Shown here piece by piece: positions 39,440 through 51,883 of a stretch of 64,000 bases of DNA. The stretch's first letter is position 1. Every line of letters starts with the position of its first letter. This stretch comes from Octopus bimaculoides (lineage: Eukaryota): contig NC_068989.1 in the NCBI RefSeq assembly GCF_001194135.2, positions 4,142,699 through 4,206,698 on the forward strand. Direction: 5' to 3'. The translations under genes and the position numbers were made by a program. The notes beneath the pieces were generated by a model that saw only the letters and a program-made list of their open reading frames with translations, searched no databases and was not told the DNA's origin.

Positions 39440-40495
39440 TCCTGATGCAATGCCAGGTAGTGGCTCTCATGGCTGATTGCAAGTGTTTTGTCTTGGTATG
39501 AAACATGGGCTATAGCAAATATCTGCTCAATACCACAGATTTGTTTCTCAGTTGTTTGACCTTAACCATTCCACCATGTTCCTTGGTGGCCGACGATATG
39601 TGCATCTCTGATCACGATCAGAAGTAGTGGGGGGAGGCATCACAGTTATATGTTGAGGAGAATTCTTTGGAGTTTGGATCATTCACCTTCGGAAACATGG
39701 ATGCATTGTTCAACATCCTTAAACAACTTGTCTTGGCAGGACACCCCCATGTGAGAGGTGGGCTGTTCCACTACTGATAAATAGGGGACAGACACAGCAA
39801 GCAGTGTCAGTCAGCGAGGTACGCTGTTTGGGCCAGGCACCCAAACGGCGAAAATACGTCGTCATAATGCGGGGTATATCAGTGGCGACAAAGATACATC
39901 CCACTGTATAACGATGTCGTTATAACAGTGGTAACGTGGTTACGAACGTTAGTAGGAGTTTCGAAATGGAACAACTACGGACAGTGAAAAATTTGAAGGA
40001 ACTGAACTACATACAGTGAATATTAATATAAACATTGTGAAAAATATATAAATTCTATTGAAAAAAGATTCTGAAGAAAAGCTGTCTGATAAACCTGGAA
40101 CTCTAACACAACTGAACTACACACAGTGAAAAATAATATTAATCCGTTTGAAGGATTTGAGTCAGGTCGCTACATCTCTGTAGCACTACCAGTAAACAAT
40201 GTAGACTACTACTACCTGCGGCATTCAGAAGCAAAAAAAATAACGTCGTGTGAAAAAAATCTCAAAGAGGGGAGGTGTTGTGGTGGACACCCCCAAGTGA
40301 GAAGTGGGCTGCTGCACTACTGATAAACAGTGGATAGACACAGCAAGCAGTGTCAGTCAGCGAGGTACGCTGTTCGAGTCAGTCACGCAGACGACGAAAA
40401 TACGTCGTCATAATGCGGGACAGATCACAACCCTTATTCGGGGACCTTTTGCGTGGAATGGGCTACACGAACTGAAGAAAAATTCTAACTGGATT
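39438..40495 (+). mobile_element. Retroelement UTR-like repeat, split by the TRIM insertion
   Basis: 39438-39728 and 40428-40495 are contiguous halves. The junction region (CAACCCTTATTC.GGGACCTTTT...AATTCTAACTGG) is the reverse complement of 59705-59770 in a second, uninterrupted copy. Confidence 0.7.
39729..40427 (+). mobile_element. TRIM: miniature non-autonomous LTR retroelement, Gypsy-like
   Basis: 5' LTR 39729-39881 and 3' LTR 40276-40427, both TG...CA and about 86% identical by hand alignment. PBS-like TGGCGACAAAGAT at 39883, PPT AAAGAGGGGAGG at 40264-40275, TSD CAACT/CAACC. Confidence 0.9.
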
Positions 40496-40547
40496 ACTAC
40501 TACTACTACTACTACTACAACTAATACTAATAATAATAATAATACTG

Positions 40548-40602
<55 letters not shown>

Positions 40603-41349
40603 CACTGCTGCTGCTACAAAAATGACAATAACAGAAATAACAACAGCAGTATATTGTTATTAGTAAGCAATTATGATATTCCACGTTATTGTTCTTATTC
40701 TTGCTGTTGTCTTATTTTACACTTATTATCTATGTTATTACAATATTCGTCATCAGTGACTTCTTTTACAACCACCAACTTCATTTGCAAAAACAGCAAA
40801 GCAGGTACCACTACCTGCGCCAGCATCGCACTCGTACTCACTGTTTACCATCGTCACCGTCACAATTATCACCTCCATTTCTTGACTTTCTATCTCATTA
40901 GCAAGCGAATTTTCTAAAACTTTTCCATTGATATTTATTAGCAGAAGCAATGCACAAATATGTGTATATCGATAATATGTATTAACTATACAACTACGTA
41001 AATATGTGTGTGTGTCTGTGTACGTGTGTGAGTGTCTGTGTGTGTGTGTGTGTGTAAGTGCGGGTGTGTATGTGTGTGAGCACATGTGTATGTCATTTAT
41101 ACATTTATATAGTTATATATATGCATATATATATATATATATATATATANNNNNNNNNNNNNNNNNNNNNNNNNNNNNNNNNNNNNNNNNNNNNNNNNNN
41201 NNNNNNNNNNNNNNNNNNNNNNNNNNNNNNNNNNNNNNNNNNNNNNNNNNNNNNNNNNNNNNNNNNNNNNNNNNNNNNNNNNNNNNNNNNNNNNNNNNNN
41301 NNNNNNNNNNNNNNNNNNNNNNNNNNNNNNNNNNNNNNNNNNNNNNNNN

Positions 41350-41429
<80 letters not shown>

Positions 41430-41494
41430 ACATGTATATATGTATATGCTTATATATACATATACGTATGTATATGTGCTGTTTATATACACAA

Positions 41495-41584
<90 letters not shown>

Positions 41585-42276
41585 GTACACATATGAATAG
41601 GCTTAGGAATATGTGTGTTTGTGAGTATGTATGTGTGTGTGTATCATGTGTCTTTTGATCGGTGTGAAAGAGGGCAATTGATTCGATCGTCAGTAAATTT
41701 AATATAAGACTCTGCCAGATTTAATCTCATAACAAATTCTATCACGCAAATATTGGTTTCGTATATTCCAAGTCTGAAAACACTTTTCATATATTCAGGC
41801 TCATTCCTATATTAATTTTGAATTGGTAACATGCCGTCATATGAAAACATTACCTGGCGGAATCAAGCACATTCACACACACACACACACATACACACAC
41901 GGACTTATATGAAATTTATGCAATAAAAGACTTCGTGGATTTCCACTGCAGATACGTATGGTCGATAGTGTCAGCCTGTTATATGTATGTATAAATTCAT
42001 GAATCGATGCAATACATATATGCATGTGTGTAAGTATGTAATCGGGTATATAAGCAAGACTGTAGACAGGTGGTTTTATGTTGGAACTCAGACCAATATA
42101 ATAGAAGAATTGGTTCATATTGACGTGGCTATGAATATATTGTTGATGAAGACCTACAAAAATATTGCCCAGGGACTTGAAACGGTAACAATAGCACAAA
42201 TACACATACGCGCATATATATATGCATATGTGTATGTATATGTACTGGTTATATACACAAATACATACACACACAA

Positions 42277-42335
<59 letters not shown>

Positions 42336-42438
42336 AACATATATTCACAGATAGGGATACTCACACAACGCACGCACACACAGGTAAGCCCGAACACAAT
42401 CATACGATGCACTCTCCAACATTAATTTATATGTACTC

Positions 42439-42475
<37 letters not shown>

Positions 42476-43039
42476 CATAGATGAATATGGGTTGTATGCA
42501 TGTGTATGTGTGTGTGGCGGGGGGGGGGCGTGTATGACTTTTCAAAAGCTGCATAGATCGAAAATCCTTAGTGTCTGTCCCTTCGTCTGAATAGATTGTT
42601 ATATCTATTGACTTCTTTTAATGGAGAAGCTACGTATTTTAAGTGTCAAACCACTCCCAGACATCTCGATTAAGTGAGGAGACCTTTCATGTAACTCAAA
42701 ACCACTTCGAGTAAATCACTTTCGTTGATGATTTTGTCTTCTTTTTTGTTTAGTTGGTGTAGTTTTCTTTAACCCTAGGTTTGCCATGAAGCAGCAGAAC
42801 CACGACCGAATTATATTCGAAATCTGATCCTCCAATATTTTGGCGAGTTACATTCCATCGTATGCCACTTACTCTTTCAAATTTTGTGGATCTAATTCGA
42901 GAGGGTTCGGTAGCTATTTTAGAAGGTCTCGCATACACGCTAAGAAACATTCATTTGGCTGTGTGCTCTTTAAGTTGAAACATAACTTTATCTTTCCATT
43001 TTCTCCACCCAGTTTTCTTGGGAGAGTAATGGAGGCAAA

Positions 43040-43200
43040 GCCCTAAGGCACCTTCTCTATAGGGCCCTGTCAAAAGCAACTGCAAGGACATTTTCCTGCT
43101 GGAAATAGATATTATTCGACCATTTCCATTTTGCTCTACCCCTTGGTCTCCTGGTTGGCTGCGCTTGAATTATCTGTCATCCAGTTCTTTCCGGCGGCAT
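43040..43200 (-). mobile_element. RTE LINE 3' remnant
   Basis: Minus strand MPPERTG*QIIQAQPTRRPRGRAKWKWSNNI...AVAFDRAL resembles the RTE C-terminal P.G.RPRGRP...W.D.I...DR..W. Confidence 0.65.
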
Positions 43201-43324
43201 TCTAATTACATACACCTGCGCCTACACTATGAAAAGGTGTAGGTGCAGGTGTATCATATCTGGAAGAACCGATTGAACAGCAAAAATTTGTGCGAATTTC
43301 ACGAAAGGTTTTCTCAAAGAAGGG

Positions 43325-43479
<155 letters not shown>

Positions 43480-43739
43480 CCTAGACATTACTTTCTAAAG
43501 ACCCAGGACTCCTAGGGCCGGTTGCCCGGTTTCCACGGCGTAAGAGCAACCGAGATCAAAACATTGCCACTTAACGAGATACCGGTCCATCACAGAGCTA
43601 CTCATTTCGAAGCTGAGTGAACTGAGGTAACATGAAATGAAATGTTCTGCAGAAGAACGCAAAGCACCACCCGCTCCGGAAATCGAAACGACTGTCTTGC
43701 AATCGTGAGTACAACACTTTGACCAATAAGCCACACGCT
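43480..43739 (-). mobile_element. tRNA-derived SINE with (GAT)n tail
   Basis: Minus-strand head AGCGTGTGGCTTATTGGTCAAAGTG...GTTTCGATTTCCGG; body and tail homologous to 62443-62687. Confidence 0.8.
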
Positions 43740-44320
43740 TTTATAGTAAAGGCTTACCTGGCTCTAAAAAGAACTACATGGAAAACTAAATTAACGACAT
43801 ATAGATCCGACCAGAGGAGCATATCTCACTTAACAATTACCGTGTGTTGGCACGGTCGAATGTTTAAGAGGTTTAGGTCTTCGCTCTTTGGCTGCTATTT
43901 CTAGTAGATCAATCGACTACGCTGAAGTTCCTTCCTCGGCTTGTGGTTTTGCCATTGCTTGTATCAGGGAAGCTCATAATTATCGATGAAGGAAATAAAA
44001 ATACCAACTTTTCAGTTGATTGATTGATACCCTAGTGACTTTCCCATCTGTCTACCACTCTCAGAACTTAATTTTAATATCCAAACTTAATTAGAAAATC
44101 GATAATTTTTAATCAATATAGCTATTTCCTTGTTTTTAATATAATTATATTATTTAACATAATAATTATGGCAATCACTACGTTATTTAATTCGACTGAA
44201 GGTGGGAAATAGTTAAAAGAGTAAAATAGGTTGTTTGCAGCTTCGTCGTTTCCTTTGAAATTATCACTTCAAATCCCACCAGGGTTGACTCCGCCCTTCA
44301 CCCCCCCACACGAAATTAAC

Positions 44321-44733
44321 CTTTTACCTTTTACTTGTTTCTATCATTGGACTACGACCATACTGGGGCATCGTCTTGATGGCTTTTAGTCGAACAGATC
44401 AACTTAAGTACTTATTTTCCAAGCCTGATGCTTATTCTATCGGTCGCTTTTGTTGAAACGCTTTGTGTACGAAGACGTACATAAACCAACACCGGTTGTC
44501 AAGCAGGAGCGGGGGGGGAACAATCATAAAAACACAAACACATACTCACACACAGACATATATGGGACAGGCTTCTACACAGTTTCTGTCTACTAAATTC
44601 CCTCACAACTCATTGATCGACTTATGGATGTAGTAGGCGTTTGTCCAGCATGGCGCATAATGGAACCGAACTCGCATCAATTTGATTGCGAAGCGACCTT
44701 CTTCTTTAACAGCACAACTAGACATGCGCCTAT
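44321..44733 (-). mobile_element. CORE-type SINE, full length, decayed
   Basis: Colinear with 53108-53490 from the CTTTTACTTGTTT tail to the CATGCGCCTAT head. Confidence 0.75.
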
Positions 44734-44860
44734 AGTGGCGAAAATGTTTCGCAGCATATCTTCCAGCTCCTTATGTTCTGAGTTCGAATCCCACCGAAAT
44801 CAGCTTTGACATTCATTTCTTTCGGTGGTTGACAAAATGAAATACCAGTGAAGTGCTGAA
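44734..44860 (+). mobile_element. Decayed Meta-like SINE, head-to-head with the preceding SINE
   Basis: TTCTGAGTTCGAATCCCACCGA B box, CATTTCTTTCGGTGGTTGACAAAATGAAATACCAGT. Confidence 0.6.
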
Positions 44861-46434
44861 AAATCGATGGCTTCTGAACTCAGATTTACTGACCTTGAAT
44901 GCCACAATGGACCGACAGTCTATTCAGTGGTGACATCGAGATTTCCATCACTTATTCGCCTTGGAAACTGAGTAACTACCATTGTAAGCCCTTGGGTTCA
45001 AGAAAAATGATTTAAATAACCTATAAGGTTTGCATTATTCAAGTAGGATTAACTAAATAAAGCATGTCAATATTTAAAACCTGCAGCATTTTGATATCGC
45101 TTTGTTCGCTCCGACGAGAGATTTGCATTATGTGATCAGCTACATGATTCTAAAATAACTGCAGCGCTCTGAAAGACAGATCCCCCATCGCGGATATTGT
45201 CGATAATCGAAAAACCGTCATCAACAGCTCATTATGTGTTAAGCAAGTGACTCAAGCCACTGAACTTACCACGATATCGTTGGAAACAATTAAAGATTTA
45301 ATGGATATGCTTTATGCTTTCTATAATCGATCCAAGTTACACATTCAATAGTTATTTATACGGAGGAAACTATAGCATGCTGTTTACTCGTCTATTACCT
45401 AGCAATACATCAAGAACGTCTTGAGAGATGTTATGTAAAGGGAATTGTGGGGAAAAAAGAGACAAAAACAAAAGACTTCTATTTCGAAATATTTTGTTTC
45501 AATTCCGCTTAATTTGTGTATGTGTAAGTACAAGTGTGTGTGTGTGTGTGTGTGCCTGCGTGTGTATGTCTGTGTATAGTATGCATGTATGTATGTTTTA
45601 ATGAAAGATCATTTCTCATATTGATATATATANNNNNNNNNNNNNNNNNNNNNNNNNNNNNNNNNNNNNNNNNNNNNNNNNNNNNNNNNNNNNNNNNNNN
45701 NNNNNNNNNNNNNNNNNNNNNNNNNNATATATATATATATATATACATATATATATGCATGTATGCATAAATATATATATATTCATACATATATATATAC
45801 ACACACACATATATATATACATACACACATATATATATACATACATATATATATATATATACACACATATATGCACATATGTATATATGTATATATCTGC
45901 ACATACATGAGTGTGTTTTTGTGTGTGTGTTCCTCTGTTTGTGTGCGTGTATGTGCGTGTGTATACGTATGCATACGTGTAAGTTTTAATGTATGCAAAT
46001 TTTCATACAAACACTCACTCAAGCACGTATGAATCGTTTATCGCTGAACTTAGACGGTCAGAAGAGGCTGGCAGTTAGACGCGTGTTCCATTGTAAATAT
46101 TCATTAGACAATATTTGTGGCTCCGTATACATTATCGCTACTGACATTTTCATGGCACGTTTATCATAAAAATTGTAACTATAACCAGATTAACGTTGTT
46201 AGTCCATCACGTTGCCATTTACAACTTTGTGTGCAGGAAAATATGGAACGAATTATTATAATGATTGTGTTTCTCTATAGAGAAACGATTCCCTAGGATA
46301 TCTACAAGTGCATCAGCTCTGAATCTGTACATACGGACAGTAAAATAGTAACATGGTTGCTTTGTTTTGTTTTATTTTCTGTTGAGACAATAGGTTCATG
46401 CGTTCATATACATCTATTATTAAATACATTTTTC

Positions 46435-46660
46435 ATCTTTTAATGGTTTCAGTCTTTGCAGAGTGACATGCTGGAACACTGCCTCAGAGGATCGCAGTCG
46501 AACAAATTTACCCTAGGACTTAATGCTTTTTTAAAAATATTTTGCTACTTATTGTATCCTTCTCGTTTGCCGAACCGCTAACGTTACGGAGACGCGAACA
46601 ATCCAACATCAAGTGTCAGCCAGTGATGTGGGGGGATAAAAACGTATATACAGTCATATC
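46435..46660 (-). mobile_element. CORE-type SINE 3' half
   Basis: GCCGAACCGCTAACGTTACGGAGACGC, CCCTAGGACTTA, CATGCTGGAACACTGCC. Confidence 0.75.
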
Positions 46661-46719
46661 TGTGTGTGTGGGGTGTGTGGGTGTGTGTGTGTGCGTGTGT
46701 GTGTGTTTGTATGTTTGTA

Positions 46720-46925
46720 TGTCTGCGTTTGTTCCCACAACATCGCTTGAAAACCGATGCTGGTGTGTTTACGTCCCCGTAACTTAGCGGTTCGGCAAAA
46801 CAGACCGATAGAATAAGTACTAAGATTACAAAGAGTAAGTCCCGGGGTCGATTAGCTCGACGAAAGGCGGTGCTGCAGCATGGCCGCAGTCAAATGACTG
46901 AATCAAGTAATAGAATAACAGAGTA
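46720..46925 (+). mobile_element. CORE-type SINE 3' half, well preserved
   Basis: CATCGCTTGAAAACCGATGCTGGTGTGTTTACGTCCCCGTAACTTAGCGGTTCGGCAAAA...GCAGCATGGCCGCAGTCAAATGACTGAA. Confidence 0.9.
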
Positions 46926-46954
46926 TATTAACGTACCCGTTTATTATATCTTGA

Positions 46955-47221
46955 TAGACGCGTGCCGTAGTGGTTAGGGTATTTGACACACGATTGTAAG
47001 ACACTTTATTTCACGTTGCACCCGTCCACCCATCTGACAAAAATGAGTTCTACCTTGTTACATTCTGTCACGCTGAAACTCCCTGAGAACCACGTAGACG
47101 ATATGCGTGTCTGTGGAGTGAGTCCTCGGCCACTCACACGTTAAGTTCACGTGAGAACAGGCTGTTTGATTGGTCGGATCAACAGAAATGCTCGGCATTG
47201 TAACCGACAGAGTACCAGTTT
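46955..47221 (+). mobile_element. tRNA-derived SINE with an internal deletion
   Basis: GCGTGCCGTAGTGGTTAGGGT A box with no B box; tail shared with 26546-26845. Confidence 0.8.
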
Positions 47222-48094
47222 ATTTTGATTCGATGCAAGACAGATTGCTTGTCACAACAGAACATCCGAAAGAAATGCCATGAAACGTTTGGTTAAGGTA
47301 CCGACGAAAATCCATTCAAATCTAAGAAAAAAGTATATTTTCTACAAATAATGATTTCTCGCTTACGAACACAATGCTATGTATAGTTGTAGANNNNNNN
47401 NNNATATATATATATATATATATATATAAACACACATATACACATGCATACATTTCGTCTACCGTATACTTGTCTGTATGGATATGCAGTTGTATTCCTA
47501 GCAGTCTGTATATTATCTACAAATGTATTGATCTGTATCTCTCTTTCACTTTCTCTCCCTTACTCTCCCCCCTCTCTCTCACTCATACATACTCTTGCTC
47601 TTTTTCTTTCTCTCTCAATTTTTTTTATCGACCTATTTTTTCCTGTTTTACACAATCCTACATACACTCTGCATATATTCCAGAATGAAAAAAACAAAAA
47701 ACAAAAGAAGAGACGCAATAATTGAAAAAAAATGCTCATATTAGCAAACACCAACAGCATCCACACTCATTGTCCACTCTCCACTCCAACTCGACTTCAC
47801 CCCACTCTACTCCACTCCAACTCGACTTCACCCCCACACCACTCCACTCCCATCCTAAAATCCAGCAAGACAACATTGGTCGATGTAAACCTGCAGTCGA
47901 CACATAATCCTGTTTATTTAGCACGGTTTATTAAGTTCTTACATTAACGCTTCAGCGATTAGAAAAGGGATTAAAGTACCGCGTGGATTAAGCTCGGATT
48001 AGAAGACGTTAGGGACTTTCTCTTAGTCACTCGGAAGGCAAAACTATAATAGCCGATACTACTACTGCTACTGCTGCTGCTGCTGCTAATGACG

Positions 48095-48098
48095 ATGA

Positions 48099-48158
<60 letters not shown>

Positions 48159-48331
48159 GGTGATGATGATGATGGTGATGATGATGATGGTGATGATGAT
48201 GGTGATGATGATGATGGTGATGATGATGATGATGATGATGATGGTGATGATGATGGTGATGATGATGAGGGGGAGGAGGAGAAAGAGAATGATATTAATA
48301 TTACCACTATAAGTATTATTATTATTATTAT

Positions 48332-48393
<62 letters not shown>

Positions 48394-48408
48394 ACATCAT
48401 CATCATCA

Positions 48409-48463
<55 letters not shown>

Positions 48464-48480
48464 CATTATTATTATTATTA
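48095..48480. repeat. Compound (GAT/GGT)-(ATT)-(AGT)-(CAT)-(ATT) microsatellite
   Basis: Directly visible. Confidence 0.95.
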
Positions 48481-49613
48481 AGTGCAGGTAGATTTGTTAT
48501 GGCGTCGAGCGTAAAACTTAGAGCCACATCTTCAAGCACTTTTTGTCCTGAGTTTTAAATCCTACAGAGGTCGATTTTGGTGTATTACTATATATGAATT
48601 GAGAGAAAAGCTAGTTCGCATTGCACTGACAGTCTCCGCCTTTCCAACTGCTTTCCTCTATTTATATAAACAGGAGGAGCCAGATAATGTGAAGTGCAGA
48701 CATTGCACAACATTCCTACTACTATTGCGTAATTATTTCGACGTGTTTTTGAAACATATGTGTGTTCTATAAAACATTAAATGGCGAACCCATTTTCCGC
48801 TTAAGATATTTATATCTATGTCTATATATATATATANNNNNNNNNNNNNNNNNNNNNNNNNNNNNNNNNNNNNNNNNNNNNNNNNNNNNNNNNNNNNNNN
48901 NNNNNNNNNNNNNNNNNNNNNNNNNNNNNNNNNNNNNNNNNNNNNNNNNNNNNNNNNNNNNNNNNNNNNNNNNNNNNNNNNNNNNNNNNNNNNNNNNNNN
49001 NNNNNNNNNNNNNNNNNNNNNNNNNNNNNNNNNNNNNNNNNNNNNNNNNNNNNNNNNNNNNNNNNNNNNNNNNNNNNNNNNNNNNNNNNNNNNNNNNNNN
49101 NNNNNNNNNNNNNNNNNNNNNNNNNNNNNNNNNNNNNNNNNNNNNNNNNNNNNNNNNNNNNNNNNNNNNNNNNNNNNNNNNNNNNNNNNNNNNNNNNNNN
49201 NNNNNNNNNNNNNNNNNNNNNNNNNNNNNNNNNNNNNNNNNNNNNNNNNNNNNNNNNNNNNNNNNNNNNNNNNNNNNNNNNNNNNNNNNNNNNNNNNNNN
49301 NNNNNNNNNNNNNNNNNNNNNNNNNNNNNNNNNNNNNNNNNNNNNNNNNNNNNNNNNNNNNNNNNNNNNNNNNNNNNNNNNNNNNNNNNNNNNNNNNNNN
49401 NNNNNNNNNNNNNNNNNNNNNNNNNNNNNNNNNNNNNNNNNNNNNNNNNNNNNNNNNNNNNNNNNNNNNNNNNNNNNNNNNNNNNNNNNNNNNNNNNNNN
49501 NNNNNNNNGGCGTTCGATAGCTGCTGACCTTGGCGAGAGAGACAAAAACCTGGCAATCTTATATCTTCTTTTCCAGTGAAATTCTTCACTGATATCGAAA
49601 AGGTGAAAACAAG

Positions 49614-49809
49614 CAATGTTAATTCTCTAAATGAAGTATTAACAGTAACTGCACGATAAAGTGTAGTATAAGCCAGCTGGAGGAGATGTCCTCCTGGGGC
49701 TAAAAGCAACAGTAACATCCACCCCTAGGGGTCAGCCACACTTAAGTGGCAATATACTACACTTTATCGTGCAGTTACTGTTAATACTTCATTTAGAGAA
49801 TTAACATTG
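49614..49809. repeat. Perfect 57-bp inverted repeat with a structured 82-nt spacer
   Basis: 49614-49670 is the exact reverse complement of 49753-49809 (checked base by base). Confidence 0.95.
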
Positions 49810-50175
49810 TTCTAAACGGGAATGCTGTTATGTTCATAATAAGTGTAAAACTAAAAATGTAATATGTAGATGTTTAGTTACATCAGAGAGAAAGGATTTC
49901 TTTTACATCGATGGAACATCATTAATTTTCAAGAGGAGACTAGCAAATCATTTGAGTTCATATAAAGACAACAAATAAAAGGTTCCAAACGAGTCTTAGC
50001 AAATTTAAATGGAAGTTAATCTGTACTGCAAGACCATACAAACTTCGAACCAATAGATGTAACGTGTTTAGAAGAATTTTACAGGAATTTCACATCCAAG
50101 GGTAATGTAATACATTCTAGACAAGAGAAGACATTGAGATATTTGCACATGAGGAAATTTTCATTAACGATGTAG
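49808..50175 (+). mobile_element. Penelope-like element GIY-YIG endonuclease remnant
   Basis: From 49808 the frame reads CSKRECCYVHNKCKTKNVICRCLVTSERKDFFYIDGTSLIFKRRLANHLSSYK*. Frameshifted pieces follow: SLSKFKWKL, ARPYKLRTNRCNV, LEE..., HMRKFSL. These match the PLE C.T.NVIY...YIG.T...FK.R..NH..S...LSK..W.L...C.LC..EK...RH..KF.L pattern. Confidence 0.8.
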
Positions 50176-50506
50176 GAATGAATGAATATCATTTAAACTA
50201 TACAAGGTTCTGAAATGATGGACTGAAAATGATTAGGCAATAAGGTCTTGAAATAGAGATTGTTCGCGTCTGACTTAACGGACAACTCTACATTATAGAA
50301 CGCAGAGTTTATAAAAGAAAATCATGAGACGGCCATCCCGTGGTATATCAAGTTAAAACCCTGAAGAGACTGCACCGTTTTATAGTAGGGCTGCAATTAC
50401 AACGATATCTAATTGGGCAATTGGTCTTAAAATGTGGTGATTACATAATTAAAGGTAATGCTGTTGCTATTTCGTAGTAATCCTTATCTTTTACATTACC
50501 TATATA

Positions 50507-50546
<40 letters not shown>

Positions 50547-50651
50547 GGTGTATATGTGTGTGTGCGTGTGTGCGTATGGCTTGATGGATGAATGTGATAA
50601 TTTTTCACATATTACCGAATCAATTTGGTACGCACCAAAGAGAAAAGATAT

Positions 50652-50654
<3 letters not shown>

Positions 50655-50724
<70 letters not shown>

Positions 50725-50783
50725 GAATAATACTAGAAGAAGAAGAAGAAGAAGAAGAAGAAGAAGAAGAAGAAGAAGAAGAG

Positions 50784-50838
<55 letters not shown>
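50655..50838. repeat. Compound (GTA)n-(GAA)n-(GA)n microsatellite
   Basis: Directly visible. Confidence 0.95.
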
Positions 50839-50840
<2 letters not shown>

Positions 50841-51004
50841 GGTGAAAGAAAAACGAAACTAGTGAAATTAATTGTGTAAAATCAAAGTAACGGTAAAGTA
50901 AGGGTTGCGAAGAAGGCCAAGAGGAATGAGCAGGGATGTAAGGAGAAGTTTATGAAATAAGAGTAAGCAGAAATTAAGTGTTCTGAGCGAAACTAAAATA
51001 CGAG

Positions 51005-51179
51005 TGACGTCAAAGGTAACCTCGATTTGAGAATATAATCTACGCCGCCATAATTTCGAAATGTTTGTAGATGTGTGTTTGTGTGAACGAGTGCGTATAT
51101 GAGAGTCTCTATCTGTCTGTCGGCGCGTTTAGACATGAAGAGATATGGCTACGATGCATGAAAGAAAACGGTGACGTCA
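51005..51179. promoter_or_regulatory. Pair of palindromic CRE sites (TGACGTCA) in a CpG-richer unique segment
   Basis: TGACGTCA at 51005-51012 and 51172-51179. Confidence 0.3.
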
Positions 51180-51580
51180 TACTTAATCTTTCGGTCTTCT
51201 TTGGCGCATGGCTGGCAGAGCGTGAAAAATCAGATTGCGAAAGATCACTTTCGGATTTTTTCTTTTACATTCTTCGCAGTTTATACTTATAACCTACAAT
51301 CGTATGTCATAAGTCATAAGTCATAAGTCATACTCGCATCTGGCATCTACCAATATCCGCTTAGTCGATTGATTGTAGACAATAAATCTGTTGATTGGAT
51401 CCGGACTTTGATTCTTCTATATTTATCTAAACACGATCAAAAATATTCTGTACAGCCCCTCCTATTACACACACACACACACACGCATACACACACGCAC
51501 ACACACACACATGTATATATAAACATACATACACAAACAAACACAAACATAAACACATGAATACATATATACAATAGATC

Positions 51581-51813
51581 AGGCGGTGTGCTGGCAGAAA
51601 TGTTAGCATGCCGGGCGAAATGCTTAGCGGTATTTCGTCTGTTTTTACGTTCTGAGTTCAAATTCCACCAAGGTCAACTTTGCCTTTCATCCTTTTGGTG
51701 TCGATTAAATAATTACCAGTTATGCACTGGGGGTCGATGTAATCGATTTAATCCCTTTGTCTGTCTTTTTTTGTTCCCTCTATGTTTAACACCCTGTGGG
51801 CAATAAATAGATT
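51581..51813 (+). mobile_element. tRNA-derived SINE (Meta-like) with an alternative tail
   Basis: GGCGGTGTGCTGGCAGAAATGTTAGC head, B box GAGTTCAAATTCC at 51654-51666, tail ATCCCTTTGTCTGTC...CCCTGTGGGCAATAAA. Confidence 0.9.
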
Positions 51814-51820
51814 AATATAT

Positions 51821-51883
<63 letters not shown>

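Noticed and set aside
50361-50405. CTGAAGA followed by a GACTGC/GCAATT stem downstream of the PLE ORF
   Set aside because: GAAA is missing. It is plausibly the fossil pLTR hammerhead but cannot be supported as a feature.
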